Below the pieces are notes generated by a model. That model searched no databases. It had not been told where the DNA came from and saw nothing but the letters and a program-made list of their open reading frames with translations. The translations under genes were made by a program, and so were the position numbers. Shown in pieces: positions 9,795 to 18,939 of a stretch of DNA of 64,000 bases. The stretch comes from an uncultured bacterium (GTDB lineage: Bacteria; Abyssobacteria; SURF-5; CBDUXP01). Each line of letters opens with the position of its first letter. The first letter of the stretch is position 1. The stretch spans positions 10,767 to 74,766 of the forward strand of contig CBDUXP010000013.1 in NCBI GenBank assembly GCA_965371225.1. The letters run 5' to 3'.

Positions 9795-10709
9795 ATGAGT
9801 GTCCGCGAACTGGTCGTGCTGGGGACGGCGAGTCGCGTCCCCACGCGGCACCGCAATCACAACGGCTACCTGTTGCGCTGGGATGGCCGCAGCATCCTCT
9901 TCGATCCCGGTGAGGGGATGCAGCGGCAGTTCACGTTCGCCGGCATCTCGCCCGCGGCGGTCACCGACATGTGCATCACGCACTTTCATGGCGATCACTG
10001 TCTGGGCCTCGCCGGCATGATCCAGCGCTTGGCCCACGAACAGGTGACGCGGCCCGTGCACGTCGCGTTCCCCGCCTCCGGCGCAGAGTACGTGCAGCGT
10101 CTGCGCACCAGTAGTATCTTTCACGACACCACGACTCTCACCCTGCGGCCGCTGGCGGAAGCCCCGCAACAGTGGGAGCGGGACGGGTTGCGGTTTGACG
10201 CCCTGCCGCTGGACCACAAGGTGCCGACCATGGGATACCGCGTGAGTGAGCCGGACGGCGTGCGATTCCTTCCGGACCAGCTCGCGGCCGCGGGCGTGCG
10301 CGGCCCGGACGTCGCGCGATTGCAGGCAGCGGGGGAGATCCGTATCGAGGACCGCACGGTGCGGCTTGCCGAGGTAAGCGTTCCCCACCCCGGCGCAAGC
10401 TTCGCGTTCGTGATGGATACGCGCCCATGCGCGAACGCCGTGGCACTCGCGCGCGGTGCGAGCCTCGCCGTCATCGAGGCCACGTTCCTGGAGTGCCACG
10501 CGGACCTTGCCGACAAGTACGGCCACACCACCGCGGCGGGCGCGGCGCGGCTGGCTCAGGAGGCCGGCGTGGACCGGCTCGTGCTCTCCCATTTCAGTCA
10601 ACGGTATGCGGAGCCGCAGCAGTTCCTCGACGAGGCCGTGCCGATCCATCCGGACACCGTCCTGGCCAACGACCTGGATCGGATTCCCGTGCCCAAGCGG
10701 GCGCCCTAG
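9795..10709 (+). CDS. rnz: Ribonuclease Z
   Basis: LVVLGTAS..PT, FDPGEG.QRQ, THFHGDH (HxHxDH), IEATF, GHTTA, LVLSHFSQRY; exosite region present. Confidence 0.92.
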   Translation: MSVRELVVLGTASRVPTRHRNHNGYLLRWDGRSILFDPGEGMQRQFTFAGISPAAVTDMCITHFHGDHCLGLAGMIQRLAHEQVTRPVHVAFPASGAEYVQRLRTSSIFHDTTTLTLRPLAEAPQQWERDGLRFDALPLDHKVPTMGYRVSEPDGVRFLPDQLAAAGVRGPDVARLQAAGEIRIEDRTVRLAEVSVPHPGASFAFVMDTRPCANAVALARGASLAVIEATFLECHADLADKYGHTTAAGAARLAQEAGVDRLVLSHFSQRYAEPQQFLDEAVPIHPDTVLANDLDRIPVPKRAP

Positions 10710-10715
10710 CCGCAC

Positions 10716-11609
10716 ATGGCCCGCGACCAGCGGCTTGCCCTCTTCGCGCTCGTGTTCGCGAACGTGCTGTGGGGCAGCGCGTTCGTGGCGGCAAAATACC
10801 TCTTGGACACCCTGTCGCCGCCCCTGGTCGCGTTCATGCGGGTAGCCCCGGCCGTGCCGTTCATGTTCGCGGTGCTGGTGTGGCGCCGCATCCCGCTGCG
10901 GCTGTCGGTGCGCGACGCGGCCGCCTTCGCCCTGTTGGGCCTTTTCGGCTTCGCCGGGGCGAAGTACTTGCAGTACTCGGGGCTCGCAATGTCGACCGCC
11001 GTGGACGGGGCGCTGTTGGTGTCCATCGAAGCGATTCTCACGATGCTCGCCGCCGTGGTGTTCCTGCGCGAGGCGCTCACGCGCCGCAAGCTCGCCAGCG
11101 CGGCGCTGGGCTTCGTCGGCGTATGCGTGCTCTCCCGCGTGCGGCCGTGGCAGGGGTTCGCCGTCCTCGCGGATCAACACGTGCTCGGCAACGCGATCAT
11201 GGTGCTGTCCCTGTGCTGCGAGGCGGGGTACACGGTCTGGGGCGCGCGCCTCATGCGCACGCACGATCCGTACCGCGCCATGACCTGGTCCGTCTGCTTC
11301 GGTGCCCTGTTGCTGCTGCCGGTCCTGCCGGGCGGGGCGCTGGACGAACTGCGGCAGGCGACCCCCGGCGTGTGGGCCGCCGTCCTGTTCCTCGGGCTCG
11401 GGCCCACGGCGCTGGCGTACACCATCTGGCTGGTGGCGGCGCGCGTGCTGGAGGCAAGCCACATGGCGATCACGCTCTACGTGCAGCCGCTGAGCGGCAG
11501 CGTCATCGCGATCCTGCTGCTCCGCGAGCGCGTGTCGTGGGCCACCGCCCTCGGCGGGGCGCTCCTGCTGCTCGCCGTGCGGATCGCCGCGCAGGGGCGG
11601 CGGGCGTGA
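10716..11609 (+). CDS. DMT/EamA family transporter
   Basis: About 10 TM in two EamA repeats; LWGSAFVAAK and FLREAL/LLRERV repeat ends. Confidence 0.9.
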   Translation: MARDQRLALFALVFANVLWGSAFVAAKYLLDTLSPPLVAFMRVAPAVPFMFAVLVWRRIPLRLSVRDAAAFALLGLFGFAGAKYLQYSGLAMSTAVDGALLVSIEAILTMLAAVVFLREALTRRKLASAALGFVGVCVLSRVRPWQGFAVLADQHVLGNAIMVLSLCCEAGYTVWGARLMRTHDPYRAMTWSVCFGALLLLPVLPGGALDELRQATPGVWAAVLFLGLGPTALAYTIWLVAARVLEASHMAITLYVQPLSGSVIAILLLRERVSWATALGGALLLLAVRIAAQGRRA

Positions 11610-11653
11610 CGGGTTTTTGACCCGCGCCCGGGACCTGCCTACACTGGTTCCGT

Positions 11654-13519
11654 ATGTGCGCGCTGCAACGCTCCGACTTTGAACGGGCGCTTCGCGGAGA
11701 GGCGTCGCTCGGGGGGACGGAGGATGTGCTGCGCGAGTTCGAGGCGCGGGTGGAGCGGGTGGAGCGCGACCTGCGCGGCGCGCTCGAGCGCCGCCAGCAA
11801 CATGCCGACGCCGCGCGGGAGGCGCGCCAGCGCATCGCGGACCTGACGGCGCGGGCGGGGACGGCGCGGGATGCGGCAGCGACGAAGAAGCTGCGCGCGC
11901 AGCGAAAACGGAAGCAGGCCGCTCTCACAGACGCGGAACAGGGCTTCGCGACCCAGAATGCGTGGTGCGAGAAGCTGCACCGCGAGAAACTCCAATTGGA
12001 GAAGGCCCTGGCGAAGTTGGTGCGGCTGCGGAAGCGCGCGCGCTGGCGGCGCTTCCTCGGACGGCTCCGCGGGCTGCGCGATGAGGACGACAGCGGCGCG
12101 GCGGCCAACACCCAGATTCCCGCGCCGGTGCTCGCCCTGGGGGGCGTGCTGCTGGTGGTGCTCGTTGTGGGCGTAGTCGGGGTTGGCGCATTCTCCACGG
12201 ACGCGGACGGCGCGGCGGCAAATCCTGTCGCGCGCCTCATCGCTTGGGTCCGCGGCGAGCCCGAAGTCGATCCCACCACGAGCGAGAACGTGACCGCGGG
12301 CCGGGCGGCGGCCGAACGTTTCGGCTACATCCGCGGCCAGGCGGCGCAAGCACCGGCGCCACCCGAGCGGCCGCCGCCCCCACCACGCCTCCGGGTCCGG
12401 ACGGGTGGCCCACTGACTCGCTTGAACGGTGCGCTGTGGCGCGCGGCCCTCGAGGCGCCGGTGGTGTACGAACGGCCGGGGAAAACCTGGCGCACGCCCT
12501 TTGCCGACCTGGATGGGGATGGACGCGCTGAATGGTTGTTCTACGACAAACCGGGGCAGCGCATTCTGGTGTACGCCCAAGGCCGCCGCGGCGGCGATTA
12601 CGCGTTTCAGCGCCAGCTTCTCACGGAACCGTTTCCGCAGACGTTGCACATTGCAGATATCAATGCCGACAGCGCACCGGACTTGCTGATTCCGCACGCG
12701 ACGCGTGACTCCCCATTTTGGTATTTGCGCAACCGCGGCGATGGTACGTTCGAGCAGCGGGTGATCGGCCAAGGCCAGGCCTACTGGCGGGTCGCGACAG
12801 CGGACATGAACGGGGACGGTGCAGTCGACATTGCGACGGCAGGTTATCGGGGTGCCTGGATCTTCCGTGGCGTCGGCGACGGCGACTTCGCCCCGCCGCA
12901 GCGCGCACACGATCACGGGAAACAAACCTTCATCGCGGTGGCGGACTTCAACGGCGACGGCGTGATGGATGTGGCGACGGCGGACGCATATAGCTGGGAT
13001 ACGCCGCAGGCGACTGCGGTGGTGACTGTGGCGCTGATGACGTCGGCCCTGCAGCCCGCAGGGCCCGTGAAACGGACGCAGGTGTCTCCGGCCATTCTCG
13101 CACTGGCGCCAATTGATCTGGACGGTAAGGACGGCATGGATCTGGTGGCGTTGCGCTACGCGGGCAAGCGCAAGAACGCCAACGGGGACGCCGTCTACGA
13201 CGTGGTGCTCCTGTGGAATAGCGGCACCGGCCGGTTCGACGTGGTGGAGTGCGGGCGCACGCTGGCCGGCAACGCGCTGGTCGTGCTCGATGTGAACCAT
13301 GATGGCCGTGAAGACGTGCTCGCCGGGAATCGCGTGTTCCTCAACACCGGCCGCGCACTCAAACCGCACGCGGACACCCTGCACTCCGGCTACCCCTGGT
13401 GGTACCAACTCGCGGACATCGACGGCGACGGCACGCAGGACCTGGTGTGCAACACATGGGGGGCCAGGTCGCGGTGTATGCGCTCCGTCGCCCGTCCGCG
13501 TTTTGATCGGCGGAATTGA
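11654..13519 (+). CDS. Membrane-anchored FG-GAP/VCBS repeat protein with N-terminal coiled coil
   Basis: Charged helical N-terminus, one TM (VLALGGVLLVVLVVGVVGVGAF), then seven D-x-[DN]-x-D-type repeats (DLDGDG, DINADS, DMNGDG, DFNGDG, DLDGKDG, DVNHDG, DIDGDG). The C-terminus may be frameshifted (see findings). Confidence 0.8.
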   Translation: MCALQRSDFERALRGEASLGGTEDVLREFEARVERVERDLRGALERRQQHADAAREARQRIADLTARAGTARDAAATKKLRAQRKRKQAALTDAEQGFATQNAWCEKLHREKLQLEKALAKLVRLRKRARWRRFLGRLRGLRDEDDSGAAANTQIPAPVLALGGVLLVVLVVGVVGVGAFSTDADGAAANPVARLIAWVRGEPEVDPTTSENVTAGRAAAERFGYIRGQAAQAPAPPERPPPPPRLRVRTGGPLTRLNGALWRAALEAPVVYERPGKTWRTPFADLDGDGRAEWLFYDKPGQRILVYAQGRRGGDYAFQRQLLTEPFPQTLHIADINADSAPDLLIPHATRDSPFWYLRNRGDGTFEQRVIGQGQAYWRVATADMNGDGAVDIATAGYRGAWIFRGVGDGDFAPPQRAHDHGKQTFIAVADFNGDGVMDVATADAYSWDTPQATAVVTVALMTSALQPAGPVKRTQVSPAILALAPIDLDGKDGMDLVALRYAGKRKNANGDAVYDVVLLWNSGTGRFDVVECGRTLAGNALVVLDVNHDGREDVLAGNRVFLNTGRALKPHADTLHSGYPWWYQLADIDGDGTQDLVCNTWGARSRCMRSVARPRFDRRN

Positions 13520-13560
13520 CCGCGCTTAGGGCCTCTGCCATACTGGCGCCGCGTTTCCTT

Positions 13561-13648
13561 GGAGCGGTGTCCGAGCGGTCGAAGGAGCACGCTTGGAAAG
13601 CGTGTGTGGTGCAAGCCACCGTGGGTTCGAATCCCACCCGCTCCGCCA
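13561..13648 (+). tRNA. tRNA-Ser (anticodon GGA)
   Basis: GGAGCGG pairs with CCGCTCC before GCCA; anticodon arm CACGC-TTGGAAA-GCGTG; long variable arm GTGGTGCAAGCCAC; T-loop GGTTCGAATCC; CCA encoded. Confidence 0.97.
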
Positions 13649-13769
13649 CGTTCTCCGCCCCAGCCGCTAGCCCCGCACCCCGCGTGAGATCGGTTCCCCC
13701 CCCATCCCCCCCGGCGCGGCTTCCGATCCGCCGTGGCCGATTCGCGCACCGCCGCCCCGTAAGGTCCTG

Positions 13770-15650
13770 ATGGCGCATCCCGAACCGACGCTGGTAATCG
13801 CACTCGCGCTAGGGGTCGGCGTGCTCGCTCAGGTCGTGGCGAGTCACCTGCGGTTGCCGAGCATCGTGCTGCTGTTCGCGCTCGGCGTCGCACTCGGTCC
13901 GGACGGGGCCGGCTGGATCGTGCCCGCCGCGCTCGGCGACGGCCTGTTCGGCATCGTGGAGCTGGCGGTCGCGATCATTCTGTTCGAAGGCGGCCTGAAC
14001 TTGGACCTGCGGCAATTGCGGCGGCAGAGCGCGCCCATCCGCGGGCTGGTAACCGTCGGCGTCGCCGTGACCGCCGTCGGGGGCGCGACGGCAGCCGCGC
14101 TGCTCATGGACTGGTCGCCGCCGCAGGCCGTACTGTTCGGAACCTTGGTGGTGGTCACGGGGCCCACTGTCGTCCGCCCAATCTTGCGCAACGTGCCGCT
14201 GGCCCCGCGGCTCGCCACCGTGGTGGAAGCCGAAGGCGTGCTCATCGATCCGATCGGGGCGATCCTGGCCACGGTCACGCTCCAGATCGTGCTGCACGCG
14301 ACGCTCGAGTCCGTGGCGTTCGGCATCGCCGGCCTGTTCCTGCGGTTGGGGTTCGGCACGGCGGTCGGGCTCGCGTTCGGCTACGTGCTCGCCCGCGGCC
14401 TCAGCACGCCGCGCATCGTCCCTCGCGACTTGGTGAACATCGTCACGCTCGGGCTCGTGCTGGCGTTGTTCGCGCTCTGTGAGCACACGCTGTCCGAAAC
14501 CGGTATCCTGGCCGTGACGCTCGCGGGCATCGTCGTGGCGAACTTCGGCGCGCACGTGACCGAGGACTTGCGCGAGTTCAAGGAGCACCTGACCGTCGGC
14601 TTCGTCGGGATGCTGTTCGTGCTGCTGGCGGCGGACGTGCGCGTCGCGGAGGTGATGGAGCTGGGCCGCGGCGGCATCCTGACCGTCGCCGCCCTGGCGT
14701 TCATCGTCCGCCCCGTGGCGGTCGCGGTGAGTACCATCACTTCCGACCTGTCCGTGCGCGAGAAGCTCTTTCTCGCGTGGATGGGCCCGCGGGGTATCGT
14801 CGCCGCGGCAATCGCGTCCATCGCCGCCGGGTTCATGGAGGCGCAGGGCGTGCCCGGCGGCCGGGAGCTGCGCGCGCTGCTGTTCCTGACCATCGCGTTG
14901 ACCGTGGTGGTGCAGGGCGGCACGGCACCGCTGCTGGCGCGCGCGCTCCGCGTGCGGCGCCCAGGCCGCGACGGGGTGGTGATCCTCGGCGCCGGCGAGC
15001 TGGGCCTGGCGCTGGCCCGCGCCGTCCGCAGCGATGCGACGCGTGTCCTGTTGCTCGATACGAATCCCGGCCACATCCACGGGGCGCAGGAGGAGGGCTT
15101 CCCGTGCGTGTACGGGAACGCGCTGGCGGAGCGCACGCTCGCACAGGCAGGCTTGGACCAGGCGAAGCTGGCCGTCGCGGTCACCTCGAACGAAGAGGTC
15201 AACAGCCTCTTCGCGCGCGAGGTGGCCGAGCAGTTCGACGTGCCCGCGACGCTCGCCGCGATCGACAGCAGCACGAGCGGCATCACGCCGGACATGCTCG
15301 CCCGCCAGGGCACGGGGGTGCTGTTCGACGGGCCGACGGATGTGGAGCGCTGGAACGTGCGATTCCGGCACGACATGGTCCGCGTGCGGCCCTTCCGCTA
15401 CGCCGGTGCGCCGGTCCCGGCCCAGGAAGCTGAGGCTACACCGCCCGCCGACGTGCATGCGCGGCCGTTTGTAATCCTCGCGGTCGGTGCGGACGACCGG
15501 CGCGACCCCATGTCTGCCGCATACGTGCCGCAGCCCGGGGACGACGCGACGATCGCGCTGTACACGCTGGAGGCCGAACGGGCGCACGAGGCGCTGCGAG
15601 TGCTTGGCTGGCATCCCGCTGAGGAGGAGCGGCCCGCGGTGGACGGTTAG
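13770..15650 (+). CDS. CPA1/NhaP-type cation:proton antiporter with TrkA-N (RCK) domain
   Basis: AIILFEGGLNL, VTGPTVV, EGVLIDPIG, WMGPRGIVAAA; C-terminal ILGAGELG Rossmann motif and VYGNAL. Confidence 0.92.
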   Translation: MAHPEPTLVIALALGVGVLAQVVASHLRLPSIVLLFALGVALGPDGAGWIVPAALGDGLFGIVELAVAIILFEGGLNLDLRQLRRQSAPIRGLVTVGVAVTAVGGATAAALLMDWSPPQAVLFGTLVVVTGPTVVRPILRNVPLAPRLATVVEAEGVLIDPIGAILATVTLQIVLHATLESVAFGIAGLFLRLGFGTAVGLAFGYVLARGLSTPRIVPRDLVNIVTLGLVLALFALCEHTLSETGILAVTLAGIVVANFGAHVTEDLREFKEHLTVGFVGMLFVLLAADVRVAEVMELGRGGILTVAALAFIVRPVAVAVSTITSDLSVREKLFLAWMGPRGIVAAAIASIAAGFMEAQGVPGGRELRALLFLTIALTVVVQGGTAPLLARALRVRRPGRDGVVILGAGELGLALARAVRSDATRVLLLDTNPGHIHGAQEEGFPCVYGNALAERTLAQAGLDQAKLAVAVTSNEEVNSLFAREVAEQFDVPATLAAIDSSTSGITPDMLARQGTGVLFDGPTDVERWNVRFRHDMVRVRPFRYAGAPVPAQEAEATPPADVHARPFVILAVGADDRRDPMSAAYVPQPGDDATIALYTLEAERAHEALRVLGWHPAEEERPAVDG

Positions 15651-15719
15651 GATGCGGGCGCGTCCCTTGCGGCGCGCGGGGGACCGGCGGATACTGGGGG
15701 CACGGGGGGACAGGGACGC

Positions 15720-17267
15720 ATGAGTCGCAACCGGGAGATTGCCGCGGCGTGGGAGTATCACCGGGCCACATGCCATTCCGAGGCGGGCCTGCGCACGGGC
15801 GACCACACGCTCGATTTCGCCAACCGGCCGCTGCCGTTCAAGGTCTACACCACGCTCGACGCGATCCCCCTCACACCGGACGTGGCCGTGTCCGGCATGC
15901 CCACTCTGGCGGCGCTGGCCGCGTCGGCCGCGGATGCGGGGGTGGGCGGCGACGAGGAACGCATCCCGGACCTGGCGGCGCTCACGCGTGTGTTGTACCT
16001 GTCCGCCGGGGTTCTGCGGCGCATTGCACGGCCCGGCGGGGAGATGTACTTCCGCGCGTATGCGAACACGGGCGCGCTCTACCACATCGATCTGTACGTG
16101 GTGTGTGGCGCCCTGCCAGGCCTGGAGGCGGGTGTGTACCACTTCAGTCCGCACGACTTCGCGTTGCGGCGGCTGCGCGCCGGGGACTACCGTGGGGTGC
16201 TGGTGGAGGCCAGCGGCGTCGAGCCGGCGGTGGCGCACGCGCCCGTCATCCTTGCGAGCGCGTCCACCTACTGGCGCAACGCATGGAAGTACCGCGCGCG
16301 CGCCTACCGGCATTGCTTCTGGGACGCGGGCACTCTGCACGCGAACTTGCTGGCGGTGGCGGCGACCGCGCAACTTACGCCACGAGTCGTGGTGGGATTC
16401 GCGGACCGTCCTGTCGAGCAGCTGCTGGGGCTTGACCCGCAGACGGAGGGCGCGCTGACGCTCGTGCCACTCGGCCGCACCGCGACCCCGCCACCGGCGC
16501 CGCCCCACGCGGCGGCATTGCAATACGACACCTTGCCCCTGTCGGACCATCCCATCGACTACCCGTTGATTCGGGAGATGCACGCCGCGTCATCGCTGGA
16601 GACGGGCGCCGACGCCGCGGCTTGGCGCGGCGGCACGCCCGAGGCCGCTCAGCTACCGGCCGGGGACGGGCTCGTGCCGTTGCGTGCTCCTGCGCCGGAG
16701 GCGCTCCCCACGGACCCGGTGGAGCAGGTGATCACGCGCCGCGGCTCCACGCGGCATTTCGATCCGCACCGGGCTATCACGTTCGAGCAGTTGTCGGCCG
16801 TGCTCAAGGCCGCGACCTGCGGGATGTCCGCCGATTTTCTCGGTCCGGCGGCGTCGACGCTGCTCGATACGTACCTCATCGTGCAGAACGTGGAAGGGCT
16901 GGCTCCCGGCTCGTACCGCTACCGGCGCGGCGACGGGGCGCTCGAACGGCTGGCGGAAGGCGACTTTCGCGCGCGCGCGGGGCGGCTCGGCCTGTTCCAA
17001 GCGTTGCCCGCCGACGCGGCGGTGAACATTTATATGCTCACGGATTTGGACGCGGTGCTCGCGCGCTTCGGCAATCGGGGATATCGTGCGGCGCAATTGG
17101 AAGGCGGCATTGTTGGCGGGCGCATGTACCTGGCCGCGTACGCGCAACGCTTCGGGGCCACGGGCCTGACCTTCCTCGACGATGAGGTGACCGACTTCTT
17201 CTCGCCGCCCGCCGCCGGCAAGAGCGTCATGTTTCTCATGGCCCTGGGCCGCTCCCGGCGCCGCTGA
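15720..17267 (+). CDS. SagB/ThcOx-family dehydrogenase, two tandem nitroreductase-like domains
   Basis: Domain 1: RAYANTGALY, KYRARAYRHCFWDAG. Domain 2: ITRRGSTRHF, RGYRAAQLEGG. Confidence 0.85.
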   Translation: MSRNREIAAAWEYHRATCHSEAGLRTGDHTLDFANRPLPFKVYTTLDAIPLTPDVAVSGMPTLAALAASAADAGVGGDEERIPDLAALTRVLYLSAGVLRRIARPGGEMYFRAYANTGALYHIDLYVVCGALPGLEAGVYHFSPHDFALRRLRAGDYRGVLVEASGVEPAVAHAPVILASASTYWRNAWKYRARAYRHCFWDAGTLHANLLAVAATAQLTPRVVVGFADRPVEQLLGLDPQTEGALTLVPLGRTATPPPAPPHAAALQYDTLPLSDHPIDYPLIREMHAASSLETGADAAAWRGGTPEAAQLPAGDGLVPLRAPAPEALPTDPVEQVITRRGSTRHFDPHRAITFEQLSAVLKAATCGMSADFLGPAASTLLDTYLIVQNVEGLAPGSYRYRRGDGALERLAEGDFRARAGRLGLFQALPADAAVNIYMLTDLDAVLARFGNRGYRAAQLEGGIVGGRMYLAAYAQRFGATGLTFLDDEVTDFFSPPAAGKSVMFLMALGRSRRR

Positions 17268-17539
17268 CGCTATCACTAACGGCATTCCCGCACCCGAAGT
17301 GCCGATTCGCGGCGCCCGGCGCCGCGGCGTGCATAACATGCACGCAGTCGTGCACCCAATCCCGTAACACTTGTCAACCGACACACGGTAGTTCGGGTCA
17401 TGCACCGCCGGATGTGATGTTCGGTGGTACGTTTCCTGTGGAAGACCAAACGGGGGCAGCGAGTACCTGTAGGGGGAGAGACGGCGCCACGGGAAGGGCG
17501 CCGGACCCCAGGGATGCTCGACCTCTCTTAGGACGGATT

Positions 17540-18931
17540 ATGCAGTACATCAACGGTGTTTTTGGTTCACGCGCGAACCTGCGCGCGGCAGTCAAGGTTG
17601 GGGCGGGACGCCTCGCGCTCGCGGGCGCGCTGGTCGGCATGATCGGCTGCGATGGCGGCGGCGGAGGCGGCGGGATCATCCCACAACTGGATCCGCCTCC
17701 GCCGGGCGTCATCTCCATCGGGTTCGATAGTTCCCAGGCTTCGGGCGGCAGCACGGTGCTCGTCCTGGCGGCCGGAGTGCTGGACCCCGGCATCGGCGAA
17801 CCCTTAGGCTCGGTCGACTTTGTGGCGATCACGGACGGCGGCACGCCCGTGCTGCCGCAGTTGTTCGACGACACCGCGCCGGGGGGCACGTTCCCCTTCA
17901 TGCTGCCGCTGGCGCCCGGCGGACCCTACGCCAGCGGGTTGACCGCGCCGGGCACTGTGGCGAATAAGGCGCCGGGCGCGCATCGCCCGGGCGGGGCGAT
18001 CCTCGCGGACATGGACGGCGACGGGCGGAACGACTTGGTGGTCGGCGACGGGACGACGGGCATGGGCCCGGACCTGGAAGTCGCCCTGAACGATGCCAAC
18101 ATGACGGGCAATGAGGGCGAGCTGGCCAGCACCGGTCTGACGGTGAGCTACGGGCCGCCCGGCGGGCAGCCGCGGCGCATCGCCATGGCCGACTTCGACG
18201 GCGACTTCGACGTGGACGTGGTCACGGCGAACGAAAAGAATGACAGTTTTACCATCCTCCTCAACACGCCGCCACCCGCGAACATTCTGGTGGACACTCC
18301 GCACCTGGTCGCGCCGGGCGCCGCTATCGATGTGGCCGTCGGCCGCTTCGATGACGACGCGGCCGCGGACATCATCGGCTTGGTGGGGACCGGCACAAAT
18401 GTGCGCGTGGTTGTGTGGCTGGACGAGGGGCTTCCGTTTCCGCCGCCGCCGCAGAACCCGGACCTGACCTTCCCCATGGGCGGGCCGGCCGTGGGTTTCG
18501 CCGTGGCGAACTTCGACAACGATCCCGCGAGGCTGGCTGACGTTATCGTGCTCCGAACGGACGGCACCCTGGAGATTGCGATCAACGATCCGGCCAACCC
18601 GGGCACCCTGTTGCCGGCCATCTCGGTGGCGACGGGATTCGGTCCCGGCGAAGCGCACGACTTGGTCGCGGCGTCCTTCAGTGACCTGGGCCCCGCAGGC
18701 GTGGACTTGGTGGTTATCGGCGACGCCGCGGACGACGGATTCGACATTCGGTTCTTCGCGAACAACGGCGTCGGCATGTTGTTCGGTTCCGCGAAGTTTT
18801 CCACATCCACCGGCGCGGCGCCGACGGCGGTCATCGCCGGCGATTTCGATGGGGACGGGGACAACGACGTGGTGGTCGGCCTGGAGGATGGGACTCTGGA
18901 ACTGTACGGAAACCTGCTGGTGGTTCCGTAG
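17540..18931 (+). CDS. FG-GAP/VCBS repeat lipoprotein
   Basis: Hydrophobic stretch ending in lipobox-like MIG-C (Cys codon 17648-17650), poly-Gly linker, about six FG-GAP repeats (DMDGDGRNDLVVG, DFDGDFDVDVV, DFDGDGDNDVVVG). Start uncertain. Confidence 0.72.
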   Translation: MQYINGVFGSRANLRAAVKVGAGRLALAGALVGMIGCDGGGGGGGIIPQLDPPPPGVISIGFDSSQASGGSTVLVLAAGVLDPGIGEPLGSVDFVAITDGGTPVLPQLFDDTAPGGTFPFMLPLAPGGPYASGLTAPGTVANKAPGAHRPGGAILADMDGDGRNDLVVGDGTTGMGPDLEVALNDANMTGNEGELASTGLTVSYGPPGGQPRRIAMADFDGDFDVDVVTANEKNDSFTILLNTPPPANILVDTPHLVAPGAAIDVAVGRFDDDAAADIIGLVGTGTNVRVVVWLDEGLPFPPPPQNPDLTFPMGGPAVGFAVANFDNDPARLADVIVLRTDGTLEIAINDPANPGTLLPAISVATGFGPGEAHDLVAASFSDLGPAGVDLVVIGDAADDGFDIRFFANNGVGMLFGSAKFSTSTGAAPTAVIAGDFDGDGDNDVVVGLEDGTLELYGNLLVVP

Positions 18932-18939
18932 GCGTCCGC

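Noticed and set aside
27-13648. Segment bracketed by two tRNA-Ser genes as a genomic island
   Set aside because: Both are complete, different isoacceptors (CGA, GGA); there is no integrase, no duplicated att fragment and no visible compositional shift, and the segment includes rnz.
1483-17267. His-rich peptide as a RiPP precursor for the SagB-like enzyme
   Set aside because: 14 kb apart, has a Sec signal rather than a leader, no Cys, and no YcaO present.
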